From positions 321,098,001 to 321,162,000 of the forward strand of contig OZ024742.1 of assembly GCA_964016885.1 (NCBI GenBank): a DNA stretch of 64,000 nt, given 5' to 3'. Below, one piece after another: positions 25,548 through 37,200 of the stretch. This stretch comes from Eledone cirrhosa (taxonomy: Eukaryota). Every line of letters starts with the position of its first letter. Positions within the stretch are counted from its first letter, which is position 1. Below the pieces are notes generated by a model, which did not search any database, had not been told where the DNA came from, and saw nothing but the letters and a program-made list of their open reading frames with translations. Position numbers and translations under genes: made by a program.

Positions 25548-25789
25548 ACTACCGAGTACTTCAGCAGTGAATTGTTGTACGTGACGTTGTGAACGGTGTC
25601 AAGTAGCTATCAAGTATCGCATGGCTGCAAAATAGCGTACACCTCGGTAGCCTGTCGAAGTCAGCTGAAGCCTATAGAGGCCTATAGAAACGTGTGGTGG
25701 CATATAGGGCCTTGCAGACACCAGATCTGAAAGAAGGCACAACAGAAGTATCCGCTGTCTTTACGTTATCCGTAAAAAGAGTGGTCTAT

Positions 25790-25965
25790 GCCTGGCATCG
25801 TTAGAACGTCAGACAAAATGTGTTTGGTATTTGTTCTGGCTCTTTACGTTCTGATTTCAAATACTATCGAAATCTCCTTTGCCTTTCATCTTTGAAGATC
25901 GATAAAATAAAGTACCTGTAACACACTCGGGTCATGATAATTTCAGTATGGGCCTAAATTAGAAA
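25790..25965 (+). mobile_element. SINE family A
   Basis: TAGAACGTCAGACAAAATG..TTTACGTTCTGATTTCAAAT..CTTTGCCTTTCATC..TCGATAAAATAAAGTACC. Confidence 0.7.
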
Positions 25966-26369
25966 CTTTTATAATTATTGCTTTTGTTGTTGTCGTCATT
26001 GTATTTGTTAGACATATACAAACTAAATTCAATACCCGATGAGTTCAATTTTACCGTTATTCTTTTGGGGGTCAATAAATTAAAGTACTAGTCATATACT
26101 GTGGTATAATCGACTAAATAGCCCCTCGTTCCAAATTCAGGGCATGTTGATCGGAAAGAAAGAAAACAATTCAAATTTCAAAGCTGGCATTAATTTTTGA
26201 ATTCATATGGAATATTACTGTCTCGTCAAACAGTGTCGACTACACTTTGTCAGCCTCCGAGACTTGTGTGTGGGGTGGAGAGAGAAAGTTATCCTCAAAC
26301 TGGAAACCTATCCCGAATGTTTGCAACAGTGTAGTGGAATCTATTAAAGGCACCTAAGGGTCATGTGAT

Positions 26370-26968
26370 TGTGTGATGGACTAAATATGCTACCCATGGC
26401 CCAAATGGGGGATTTAAACCTAGTAATAGGTGAAGTCTATCACCCAAGTATCAGGTAGTGTTAAACTTGGTGACAGAATAAACATCCCACCCGAGAGCCA
26501 ACTTAATGGTTTTAAACCTGACAACCAGCCATGGACTAGGTGGGCATGTTAGACTGGGCGATTAATTACGTCTAATACTCAAGGCCTGGCTGGTGGTGGT
26601 AAACTTGGTGATGGATTAAGTTTATCACCTAATAACCAGGTTGTAATGTGAACCTGATGTTGGATTGATGTTGGATTGAGCACTTAAGGCCCAGATGATG
26701 GTTTTTAAACATGGCGGTGGATTAAATCTACCACCTAAAGCCCAAGTGGTGGTGTTTAAAGCTCGTAGTGGACTAAGTCTATTACACAAGGCCCAGTAGT
26801 GAGGTTTAAACCTGGTGGTATATTAAATTTACTGAGTACTAAGCCTAGTGAGGAATAAAGTCTACCACCCAATCATAGGGTGGTGGTGATAAACTTGGTG
26901 GCAGATTAAATTTACAACACAAGAACCAGGTGGTTGTGTTAAACCTGACAATGGATTAAGTCTAGCAG
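26370..26968. repeat. Degenerate ~50-bp minisatellite (~11-12 units) with an internal dyad
   Basis: Consensus about AAACCTGGTGGTGGATTAAGTCTACCACCCAAGGCCCAGGTGGTGGTGTT; unit starts near 26463, 26514, 26601, 26650, 26707, 26758, 26808, 26891, 26941. Confidence 0.75.
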
Positions 26969-27142
26969 TCAAAATTACGTATAATAATCGTATTTCTAAT
27001 TAAGAAATTTATCATATAATCTTTTTTTTTATGAACATAAATCTAAGTCAGACATTTTAGACATTTAATCAAGCAACAGTAAATATTTTAAATATTTCCT
27101 TCACTGATTTACTTACAGTTATATGATATAGCAGTTATCGCA

Positions 27143-27195
<53 letters not shown>

Positions 27196-27389
27196 TCTCT
27201 CTCTTACTCACTCTCTCTCTTACTCACTCTTTCTTTTTTTCCCTCTCTCTCTCATACTCTCTTTAATTTTTTCTTCCCTCCCTCTGTGTTTAATGAGCCC
27301 AAATTGTTAAACTCTCTGTTTAACAACCTGTCCTGTATTCAGTAATAAAATACCATTAAAATAATAATAAAAATAATAATAATGATGAT

Positions 27390-27530
27390 TTCTACTAAAG
27401 GCACAAGGCCAGTAATTTGGGGAGAGGGGGAAAGTCGATTAAATCGATCCCAGTGCATTACTGATGCTATATTTTATCGACCTCATAAGGATGAAAGGCA
27501 AAGCTAACCTCGGAGGGATTTGAACTCAAT
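27390..27530 (-). mobile_element. SINE family A, truncated
   Basis: TTTTATCGACC..GGATGAAAGGCAAAGCTAACCTCGGAGGGATTTGAACTCA. Confidence 0.75.
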
Positions 27531-27852
27531 GCCGGAAAGAAGAAGAAGAAGAAGAAGAAGAAGAAGAAGAAGAAGAAGAAGAAGAAGAAGAAGAAGAAGA
27601 AGAAGAAGAAGAAGAAGAAGAAATGCCTGCTACATTTAACGAGATAGAGTGGGTAATGTAAGACAGAGAGAGGAGTGACTGCGGTAGAGGGAGAGGGAGA
27701 GAGACAGCTATAGAAAACAAAAATATATATATAGTGTAAGGGGTGAAAGGATGTAGTGAATGCTTCTACGCACTAAGGTAGTAACTAAATGATGTTTATT
27801 ATAGGAAGGTAAACTGCTTCAAATGAAATCTACAATAGATTAAACACACAAG

Positions 27853-27887
<35 letters not shown>

Positions 27888-28127
27888 CACTCTCTCTCTC
27901 TCTCTCTCTCTCATTCTCTCTCTCTGACACATACACACTTGCACTATATAATCTATCTACAGCTGCTATTACCTAACTAGATACATATATAACCAACCTA
28001 CTTACCAACCTGTCCAGGTATCTACAACCCTAGATATCTACCTACATAGGTGTCTACTTACCTAGATATTTACCTACCTAGGTATTTATATACCTAGGTA
28101 CCTACCTCCCTATCTATCTAACTACAT

Positions 28128-30833
28128 GAGGCAATTAGAAGTGGCAACGTAGCCAGCTTGCTAGCAACGAGAACGGCCTTGGACCAGTTCTTCGACGCAA
28201 AGCACGAGGGCTGCGTTGTCAGAAGCAAAATACGTGCTCTGGGAACCGAGGGAGCCAAAGCTGTTAGCTGGGCCCGAGTGACGGAGGCAAAAAGTGGCAA
28301 CAAGTCCACGATTCGGTCTTTGAAGGACCAAGACGGGCGCGTGATACGTGAGCCGAAGCAGATGTGTGCGGCCTTTCAGCGGCACTTTGCTCAACTGTTC
28401 GGGCAGGGCGGCATGCCGGGAGGGGCTATGGATTTCGGTCCATACCTCGACGGCCTACCGCGACTCTCGGATAGCGAGGCGAAGTTCCTCGAAAAGCCGA
28501 TTTCAGCCGCTGAGATAGGGGACGCGCTGAGCCAATGCGGCAAACGCAAATCTCCAGGTCTCGACGGTCTACCCTACGAATTTTACGTAGCAATATCGGA
28601 CTTGTTCTCCGGTTTCCTGAAAGCGGTCTACTGCAACTGGCAGCAGAACGGGAGAATTCTCAGTTCTGTGACCGGGGGCGTAGTCACACTAGTCAGGAAG
28701 GACGAGAATAGGGGGGATTACATAGGCCCATAACTCTGCTAAACACAGAGTTACAGATTTTGGCCAAGGTGTTGGCAAAGAGGCTGGCGCTTGTCGTCGA
28801 GAACCTGGTGAGAGAAGCGCAGACATGCGCAATCCCAACCAGGTCCATACACGACAACCTCCACCTCACGCGATACATCATAGAGAGGGTAGGGTGTAAA
28901 CCCGGCTTTGGTGGGGCCCTGATCAACTTGAATCAGTCTATGGCTTTCGATAGGGTTGACCATCGTTACCTCGATGCGGTGCTCGAGGCGGCAGGCTTCG
29001 GACCCGTGTTCAAGGGCTAGATTGCTGCAATGCAACATCTGCTCAAGGGTCAATGTGAACGGCTACCTCTCGGATCCGTTCCATATCATGCGATCCATTC
29101 GACAGGGATGCCCTCTCTCCTCCCTTCTGTACGTACTGACTCTCGAGCCACTACTGCGGAAGTTGGAGCTATTGCAGGGCATCCCTCTGGAACCGGGACT
29201 GCGGAAAGCGGCGTCGGCCTACGCCAACGACGTGACAGTAATGGTGTCGAGCACCTCGCAAATCGAGGAGGTCGGCACCTTACTGAAGGAATACGAAAGG
29301 TTCACAGGAGCGAAGCTGAACCGGGACAAGTCCATCGGTTTGCAACTTGGATTGTGGAGAGGCAAACCGATGCCTTCCGATGGCGTCGTCGGACGCTGGA
29401 CGGAAGGACCGGTAAAGCTGCTCGGGGTCTGGTTTGGTCAGGACATCCAGGTGGAGAAGAACTGGAACGAGGTGACGGCCAAGGTGTTTGCACTCACCCA
29501 GAAGTGGGCCGAGTGCAAACTATCCTTGAAAGGTCGAGCGGAGGTGGCGAACACTTTTATAGCGTCCGCCATCTACTACCGCTTGACCGTCGTGCTTTAT
29601 CCAACCAAAACGCTCACCAAAATGGAGCGCGCTCTTCCAATTCCTTTGGAAGAGGCGTGCTCTTTTGGTGAGAAGATCCATCTGCTGCCAACACCCTTCC
29701 AACGGAGGGCTGGGGATGCCGTGGCTGACGATGCGCAAACACGCGCTAAGGCTGGGACATCTCTACATATTCCTCACCGGACAACCGGTGTGGGCCCCGT
29801 TCGTGAGGCAAGCCTTCCCACCACTCGTCTCGCTGACCGAGCTGCAGCCCTGGGTCAATCAAAGGCCGAGGAAAATGGGCGACTGGCACATCGAATGTGC
29901 TCAGGCGCTCACTCCTCTGGCAGGCGGACCCGGCGATCAGTAGAGACTCCACTTCGTCATTCTATAGAGGGTTGATCTGCAGCAAGTGCGACGACGCGCT
30001 CGATGAAACTCTAGGCGTAGAGGAAGACGAACTGGCCAGTCTGTTCGGTAGGACCTTCCGCCCGGGACCGATGGACAACTTCCAAAAGTCCCTGGCCTGG
30101 CAGTGCTACCGAGGAGCTCTACCAGTTCGAGACAAGCTCTACAGACATGGGCGCCCGAGCAGGGACCCTTCGAAAAAGATCTGTCCGAGGTGCGTGCGAG
30201 ACGAAGAAACCGTCGCGCACGCATTCATACACTGCCCGGGCGTTACCGACCTGTGGGGCTATGTAGAACGACTATTGTCGCGGGTTGGACCAATCCGGTT
30301 GACCACCGAGTCCATTGTCATGATCAAACCGCCACCCTCCTTCAAAAACGAAGGAGAGGCGGTTTTCCTTTGTGTGATAGCTATGGCGAAAGAGGTTGTA
30401 TGGTGGACAAGGTTGAAAGGGCTGAGGTCAGACACCTTTCTCTCCGGCCAACAACTGATTCTTTTTTTCAAATACCACATTAGAAGAAGAATCAGGATGG
30501 AGAGAGAGATGCTGTACCCCAGCAAGTTTTATGAAAGGTGGGTGAAAGTGGCGAGAATGGCCCGACTGAATGGGCCTTCTCTCTATATCAGTCTGTAGGT
30601 TGAGGAAAAAGAGGAAGAGAGGAAAGGGGTACAAACTCTTCGTACTCCTGGAGATGAGGGTTGCACATTTTTTCGGGGGTATGTGTTACCCATATGTAAT
30701 GTCTCCCCCTATTGGGGAAAATCGACTAATTTTTAAATTGCATTTGTGATAATATTTTACACGTTTTTATTGTAAGTAAACTTCCCCGTTTGTATTTGTC
30801 CCCTTCTTTTGTGCCCCTGTGGCTAATAAAGAA
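28128..30833 (+). mobile_element. Tx1/L1-clade LINE copy 1 (5'-truncated, frameshifted)
   Basis: KSPGLDGLPYEFY, AFDRV, IRQGCPLS, C-terminal CPRC..E..HAFIHC; ends CCCTGTGGCTAATAAAGAAA followed by (TATC)n; preceded by CTATCTATCTA. Confidence 0.92.
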
Positions 30834-30861
30834 ACATATCTATCTATCTACATATCTATAG

Positions 30862-31143
30862 ACCTTCTCTGTATATAAACCTGTAGGTTGAGGAAGATAA
30901 ACAGAAGGAAGACGGGAACACCTACAAATTGTGTTCCTGGTGTGGAGGGTTGTTCTATCCATTGGGTGTAAAACAACCCCACAGTAGCGCCCCCCCCCCA
31001 CCCCCACCATAATGGGGATTTCAATTGTTTTATTTTTATATAGTTTGTTGTTATTTATCATTGTTGAAGACTTTATGTAAAACACCCGCCGTCACGTCTT
31101 GTAATGTCCCATTTTTGTGCGCCCCTGTGGCAAATAATGAAAG
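30862..31143 (+). mobile_element. Tx1-like 3' UTR-only fragment, diverged subfamily (copy 2)
   Basis: CCTTCTCTGTATATAAACCTGTAGGTTGAGGAAG..CCCTGTGGCAAATAATGAAAG between ATCT repeats. Confidence 0.8.
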
Positions 31144-31168
31144 ATATTTATCTATCTATCTATCTATT

Positions 31169-31582
31169 TGAGGTCAGACACCTTTCTCTCCGGCCAACAA
31201 CTGATTCTTTTTTTCAAATACCACTTTGGAAGAAGAATCAGGATGGAGAGAGAGGTGCTGTACCCCAGCAAGTTTTATGAAAGGTGGGTGAAAGTGGCGA
31301 GAATGGCCCGAGTGAATGGGCCTTCTCTCTATATCAGCCTGTAGGTTGAGGAAAAGGAGGAGGAGAGGAAAGGAGTACAAGCTCTTCGTACTCCTGGAGA
31401 TGAGGGTTGCACATTTTTTTTAGGGGGTATGTGTTACCCATATAAACTGTCTCCCTCTATTGGGGAAAATCGACTAACTTTTAAATTCCATCTGTGATAA
31501 CATTTTACACGTTTTTATTGTATGTAAACTTCCCCCTTTGTATTTGTCCCCTTCTTTTGTGCCCCTGTGGCTAATAAAGAAA
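31169..31582 (+). mobile_element. Tx1-like 3' fragment (copy 3)
   Basis: Almost identical to 36612-37025; flanked by (TATC)n. Confidence 0.9.
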
Positions 31583-31817
31583 TATATCTATCTCTCTATC
31601 AGTCGTGTGTCACTTCGCGGAGAAGTTTCCGTTAATTTATGTAAGAAAAAAACGTGAGTTTTTAGTTAAATTTTATATCATTGTGTAACTTGACCACCCG
31701 TCTGGACCTTCAGCTGGTGGGTCAACTCATTTTCGCCCCTTCAGGGGCGGAATATCCATTTAAAAAATTTTTCTCCATCGAATCTTGGAAAAAATATTGT
31801 AAAATTTTGATTACGTT

Positions 31818-33716
31818 ATGAACACTGCGTCCAACGATAATGGTGGTGGAGAGGCGGTAAGACTCCAAAGCTCGCAGTCAACAACGTCTTCTTCACTAGA
31901 TACTATAGAGATGGAAAGACAAAATGAAAATAAAAAAACGAATTCACATCCAAACAACACAAATGACACCAAACAGCTCAATGACAACAAAAATAACAGC
32001 AAAACCAATAATGATGATAAAAGCAACAATGATAACAACAACAAAGAAAAAAATAAAGACAACGCCAATAACACCAGCATCAAAGACAACAACAACACCA
32101 AGGAAAATACGGATGATACCAACATCGGTGACAACAAGAATAACAACAACAATAACAACAATAATGACAACACCACCAATACGGATTCCACAAAGAAACC
32201 AAAAATCTCCTTTGCGGAGAAAGTTCAAAAGAAAGAACAATTGATATATCTCGACATAACAAATGCTGAACACCTTTTAAAGGACGCTAAGAGATATGTC
32301 ACCTTCGAAAAAAATGGTGCTTTCAGCATCAATTCTCCGGTAGAAATGCGCAAGGAAACTGCTCTCAAAACGATAGTTTTTAGGACAGTTTCCAATTCTA
32401 CCCGAAAACCAGTCCAATTGTCACAGAAAGATATTGAACTGGTTTTCAAAGATTCAATGAATGATATTGCATTCATTCAAAGAAGCAAACTTTTTGGGAG
32501 TATTTCGGTGCTCATGAAGGATCAATTGACGGCCCAAAATTACTCTGTGTCGCCAATTGTATCCAACCTGTACACCTTTTTCCCTACATACATGGGAAAA
32601 AGGACACAAAAGATCAGAATCACGAGTGTCACACCAAAGGTGAACATATGGTGGATACTGTGCGGCTTCATCAATTTTGATGAAGACAGAATACTGTCAG
32701 TAGGAAAGTCCCCCAGAGATGTATTCAATGGGACTAGCATTGAAGTTCTGGTGCAAATGAGCCCAGAGCGAATAGCTATGATCCCACAGCGTGTACTCCT
32801 GGACGGACTCACCTACATAAACCTTTCGGTTGAGGGTAGGCGGCCTTCATGTTACCATTGCTTTAGCAGGGGTCACCTGAGGGCTTCCTGTCCTAAACTA
32901 ATGAACCAAAAAAAGGCTCTTCTGCCGACACCCATCAAAACAACACAACCACCAACACCACCACAACAACAACAACACCAACACACAAAAATAACCACAA
33001 CAAACACAGTCCCACCCAACCCCACTCCACCTAAAACCACTGCAAAATCACATACAGACACAACAGCTCCCCAAGACATACCCCTCCCCAATCACAGAGA
33101 CGATACAACAGATGAGGCTGTCTCGCCATCACCCAGTGAAGACGAGGGAGAACCCCATCGCTCGAAAAGAAAGAAAAGACATCACAAAAGCAAAAAAACA
33201 GCAAACACTACCACAAACATACAACCACCAAGACAAACAAAACCCCCACCTCCTGAAAACAAAACACCTACAACAAAAGGAAAGCACACACAAGAACTAC
33301 AGACAAAAACAAACACAACACAAGAAAATTGCACTTACACTTACATAAACACTGAAAACAAAACACTAATGGAGACCATCACGAACGACCCTTCGGTGAA
33401 AACCGAAGGGAAAACTTTCGCCCACTCTATTAAAAATAGCAAAAAACTAAACCTAAAACTGATTAGGGTCCCTATACAAACTTATAGGTCCCTAAAAGAA
33501 ACATTTAAGAAGGATGTGGGGAATTCCTGCGTGAAACCACTCAACCGCGTCCTTCTCAAATGCCTCCCCACCCCAGACACCCCCATCCCACCAGACCCCA
33601 CCCCACCAAACATCTGCGTCCCCACCCCGCCGGAAACCACCACCCATCCAAACAACCCCTCCAACACCCCCATGGAAATCGTGCGGCCTGGTCCCCAGGA
33701 GGCGAAGGATGAGTGA
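31818..33716 (+). CDS. Tx1/L1-type ORF1 (gag-like nucleic-acid-binding protein), 632 aa, open
   Basis: CCHC knuckle CYHCFSRGHLRASC; Asn-rich N-terminus; Pro/Thr/Lys-rich C-terminus; lies directly upstream of ORF2. Confidence 0.85.
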   Translation: MNTASNDNGGGEAVRLQSSQSTTSSSLDTIEMERQNENKKTNSHPNNTNDTKQLNDNKNNSKTNNDDKSNNDNNNKEKNKDNANNTSIKDNNNTKENTDDTNIGDNKNNNNNNNNNDNTTNTDSTKKPKISFAEKVQKKEQLIYLDITNAEHLLKDAKRYVTFEKNGAFSINSPVEMRKETALKTIVFRTVSNSTRKPVQLSQKDIELVFKDSMNDIAFIQRSKLFGSISVLMKDQLTAQNYSVSPIVSNLYTFFPTYMGKRTQKIRITSVTPKVNIWWILCGFINFDEDRILSVGKSPRDVFNGTSIEVLVQMSPERIAMIPQRVLLDGLTYINLSVEGRRPSCYHCFSRGHLRASCPKLMNQKKALLPTPIKTTQPPTPPQQQQHQHTKITTTNTVPPNPTPPKTTAKSHTDTTAPQDIPLPNHRDDTTDEAVSPSPSEDEGEPHRSKRKKRHHKSKKTANTTTNIQPPRQTKPPPPENKTPTTKGKHTQELQTKTNTTQENCTYTYINTENKTLMETITNDPSVKTEGKTFAHSIKNSKKLNLKLIRVPIQTYRSLKETFKKDVGNSCVKPLNRVLLKCLPTPDTPIPPDPTPPNICVPTPPETTTHPNNPSNTPMEIVRPGPQEAKDE

Positions 33717-33749
33717 TCTCTTTTCCTCTTTTAACTTTTCAGCACCAAC

Positions 33750-36700
33750 ATGGCCAATATAAGAGTTGGATGTGTGAACGTACGCGGCCTGGGGATGCCC
33801 TGGAAACAGGGCAAACTCTTAAACGACCTCAGGTCGCACAGTTTGGATGTGGTAGCCATTTGCGAGTCCAGGATCCACGGCGAGCGACAGCTGGCCCCCA
33901 TCTTCGATGACTTTGAGATCTACGCATCTCTCTGTCAACCGGGGGGTGGGGGCGGAGTTGCCGTTTTGCTGCGGAAACACCTGGACCTCGTAACACAGAC
34001 GGTACATCTGGACCCGGAGGGTCGACTGGTGGTCCTAGACGTTGACGGTAGTGAAGGTGGAGCGTTCAGGCTGGTGGCCGCATATGCCCCATCCGGGACA
34101 CCGCGGCCAAACTTCTTCAAACGTCTAGAGACTTTTCTGGGAACGTCCCGCTCCTTGCTTTTAGTGGGGGACTGGAATGGAATCCTAGGTGCACGTTGGG
34201 ACTATGTGGGAGCATGTCCCGATAAAGGGGGGTATAACAACCTGAAACAGTTAATCGACCGATTTGAACTGGCCGATAGATATCGACTAGATTTTCCGAC
34301 TGCGCCACTGTGGACGTGGAGTAATCGTAGCGGAGCATCTAGATCGTACCTAGATAGGGTTCTAGTTAGAAATAAGGATAGGGACATGTTAAGCTGTCCA
34401 CAAATGTTCATGGTTGCCTATTCAGATCACAAACTAGTGACCTGCATGGCCAACCTTGATAGAACCCATAGAGAAGGACCCGGCTACTGGAAGCTGAACT
34501 TGTCGTTACCGACAAACAAAGCCTACAGTAGACGGATTAGCACTTTAGTTAAACGGCACTTGACAGGGGCCATTGTCAACAACAGATGGTGGTACTCTCT
34601 CAAGAGGGCAGTTAGATTAGACTCGATAGTTTTTAGTAAAGAATTAGCGTTAGATAGAAATAGAACCGAGAAGGAACTGGTAGATAAAGTAGAAGAGGCA
34701 ATTAGAAGTGGCAACGTAGCCAGCGTGCTAGCAACGAGAACGGCCTTGGACCAGTTCTTCGACGCAAAGCACGAGGGCTGCGTTGTCAGAAGCAAAATAC
34801 GTGCTCTGGGAAACGAGGGAGCCAAAGCTGTTAGCTGGGCCCGAGTGACGGAGGCAAAAAGTGGCAACAAGTCCACGATTCGGTCTTTGAAGGACCAAAA
34901 CGGACGCGTGATACGTGAGCCGAAGCAGATGTGTGCGGCTTTTCAGCGGCACTTTGTTCGGCTGTTCGGGGGGAGCGGCGCGCCGGGAGAGGCTATGGAT
35001 TTCGGTCCATACCTCGACGGCCTACCGCGACTCTCGGACAGCGAGGCGAAGTTCTGCGAAAAGCCGATTTCAGCCACTGAGATAGGGGACGCGCTGAGCC
35101 AATGCGGCAAACGCAAATCTCCAGGTCTCGACGGTCTACCCTACGAATTTTACGTAGCAATGCCGGACTTATTCTCCGGTCTCCTGGAAGCGGTCTACTG
35201 CAACTGGCAACAGAACGGGAGAATTCCCAGTTCTGTAACCGGGGGCGTAGTCACACTAATCAGGAAGGACGAGAATAAGGGGGATGACATAGGCAACTTC
35301 CGGCCCATAACTCTTCTAAACACAGAGTTACAGATTTTGGCCAAGGTGTTGGCAAAGAGGCTGGCGCTTGTCGTCGAGAACCTGGTGGGAGAAGCGCAGA
35401 CATGCGCGATCCCAACCAGGTCCATACACGACAACCTCCACCTCATGCGATACATCATAGAGAGGGTAGGGTGTAAACCCGGCTTCGGTGGGGCCCTGAT
35501 CAACTTGGATCAGTCTAAGGCTTTCGATAGGGTTGACCATCGTTACCTCGATGCGGTGCTCGAGGCGGCAGGCTTCGGACCCGTGTTCAGGGGCTGGATT
35601 GCTGCAATGCACAACAGCAACATCTGCTCAAGGGTCAAGGTGAACGGTTACCTCTCGGAACCGTTCCATATTACGCGATCCATTCGACAGGGATGCCCTC
35701 TCTCCTCCCTTCTGTACGTACTGACTCTCGAGCCACTACTGCGGAAGTTGGAGCTATTGCAGGGCATCCCTCTGGAACCGGGACTGCGGAAAGCGGCGTC
35801 GGCCTACGCCGACGACGTAACAGTAATGGTGTCGAGCGCCTCGCAAATCGAGGAAGTCGGCACCTTACTAAAGGAATACTAAAGTCTCACAGGAGCGAAG
35901 CTGAACCGGGACAAGTCCATCGGTTTGCAACTCGGATCGTGGGGAGGCAGAACGATGCCTTCCGATGCCTTCCGGTGTGGGTCCCGTTCGTGAGGCGAGC
36001 CTTCCCACGATTCGTCTCGCTGACCGAGCTGCAGTCCTGGGTCAAGCAGAGACCAAGGAAAATGGGCGACTGGCACATCGAATGTGCTCAGGCGCTCACA
36101 GCCCTCTGGCAGGCGGACCCGGCGATCAGTGGAGACTCCACTTCGTCATTCTATAGAGGATTGGTCCGCAGCAAGTGCGACGACACGCTCGGTGAAACTC
36201 TAGGCGTAGAGGAAGATGAACTGGTCAGTCTGTTCGGTAGGACCTTCCGCCCGGGACCCATGGACAACTTCCCAAAGTCCCTGGCCTGGCAGTGCTACCG
36301 AGGAGCTCTACCAGTTCGAGACAAGCTCTACAGACATGGGCGCCCGGGCAGGGACCCTGCAAAAAAGATCTGTCCGAGGTGCGTGCGAGACGAAGAAACC
36401 GTCGCGCACGCATTCACACACTGCCCGGGCGTCATCGACCTGTGGGGCTATGTAGAACGACTATTGTCGCGAGTGGGACCAATCCAGTTGACCACCGAGT
36501 CCATTGTCATGATCAAACCGCCACCCTCCTTCAAAAACGAAGGAGAGGCGGTTTTCCTTTGTGTGATAGCTATGGCGAAAGAGGTTGTATGGTGGACAAG
36601 GTTGAAAGGGCTGAGGTCAGACACCTTTCTCTCCGGCCAACAACTGATTCTTTTTTTCAAATACCACTTTGGAAGAAGAATCAGGATGGAGAGAGAGGTG

Positions 36701-36787
36701 CTATACCCCAGCAAGTTTTATGAAAGGTGGGTGAAAGTGGCGAGAATGGCCCGAGTGAATGGGCCTTCTCTCTATATCAGCCTGTAG
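33750..36787 (+). pseudogene. Tx1/L1 ORF2 (APE endonuclease, reverse transcriptase, C-terminal Zn motif); stop at 35880-35882 and ~400-bp deletion at ~35970
   Basis: NVRGL, ICESR, VGDWN, SYLDRV, YSDH; FRPITLLN, DQSKAFDRV, RQGCPLS, AYADD; comparison with copy 1 shows GAA>TAA and loss of the region matching ~29382-29784. Confidence 0.92.
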
Positions 36788-37200
36788 GTTGAGGAAAAGG
36801 AGGAGGAGAGGAAAGGAGTACAAGCTCTTCGTACTCCTGGAGATGAGGGTTGCACATTTTTTTTAGGGGGTATGTGTTACCCATATAAACTGTCTCCCTC
36901 TATTGGGGAAAATCGACTAACTTTTAAATTGCATCTGTGATAACATTTTACACGTTTTTATTGTATGTAAACTTCCCCCTTTGTATTTGTCCCCTTCTTT
37001 TGTGCCCCTGTGGCGAATAAAGAAATATATCTATTTGTCTGTCTATCAATCTTCATAAATGCCTACTTTTCGACGTATTAACATAATTACTTACCTACCC
37101 ATCAGCCTACATATATACGTACCTACCTACATCGTTGCTTATCTTCCTATATGTGCATCTACCAACCTAGCTATCTATCTATCTATCTATCTATCTATCT

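Larger units (their letters stand above)
31601..37025 (+). mobile_element. Full-length-type Tx1/L1-clade LINE (copy 4) with ORF1 and disrupted ORF2
   Basis: 5' UTR with hairpins, ORF1, short spacer, APE-RT ORF2, AATAAA 3' end; ATCT-type repeats at both junctions. Confidence 0.93.

Noticed and set aside
26370-26968. CRISPR-like appearance (palindromic repeat with regular spacing)
   Set aside because: Inter-repeat segments are homologous to each other, there are no cas genes and the context is eukaryotic.
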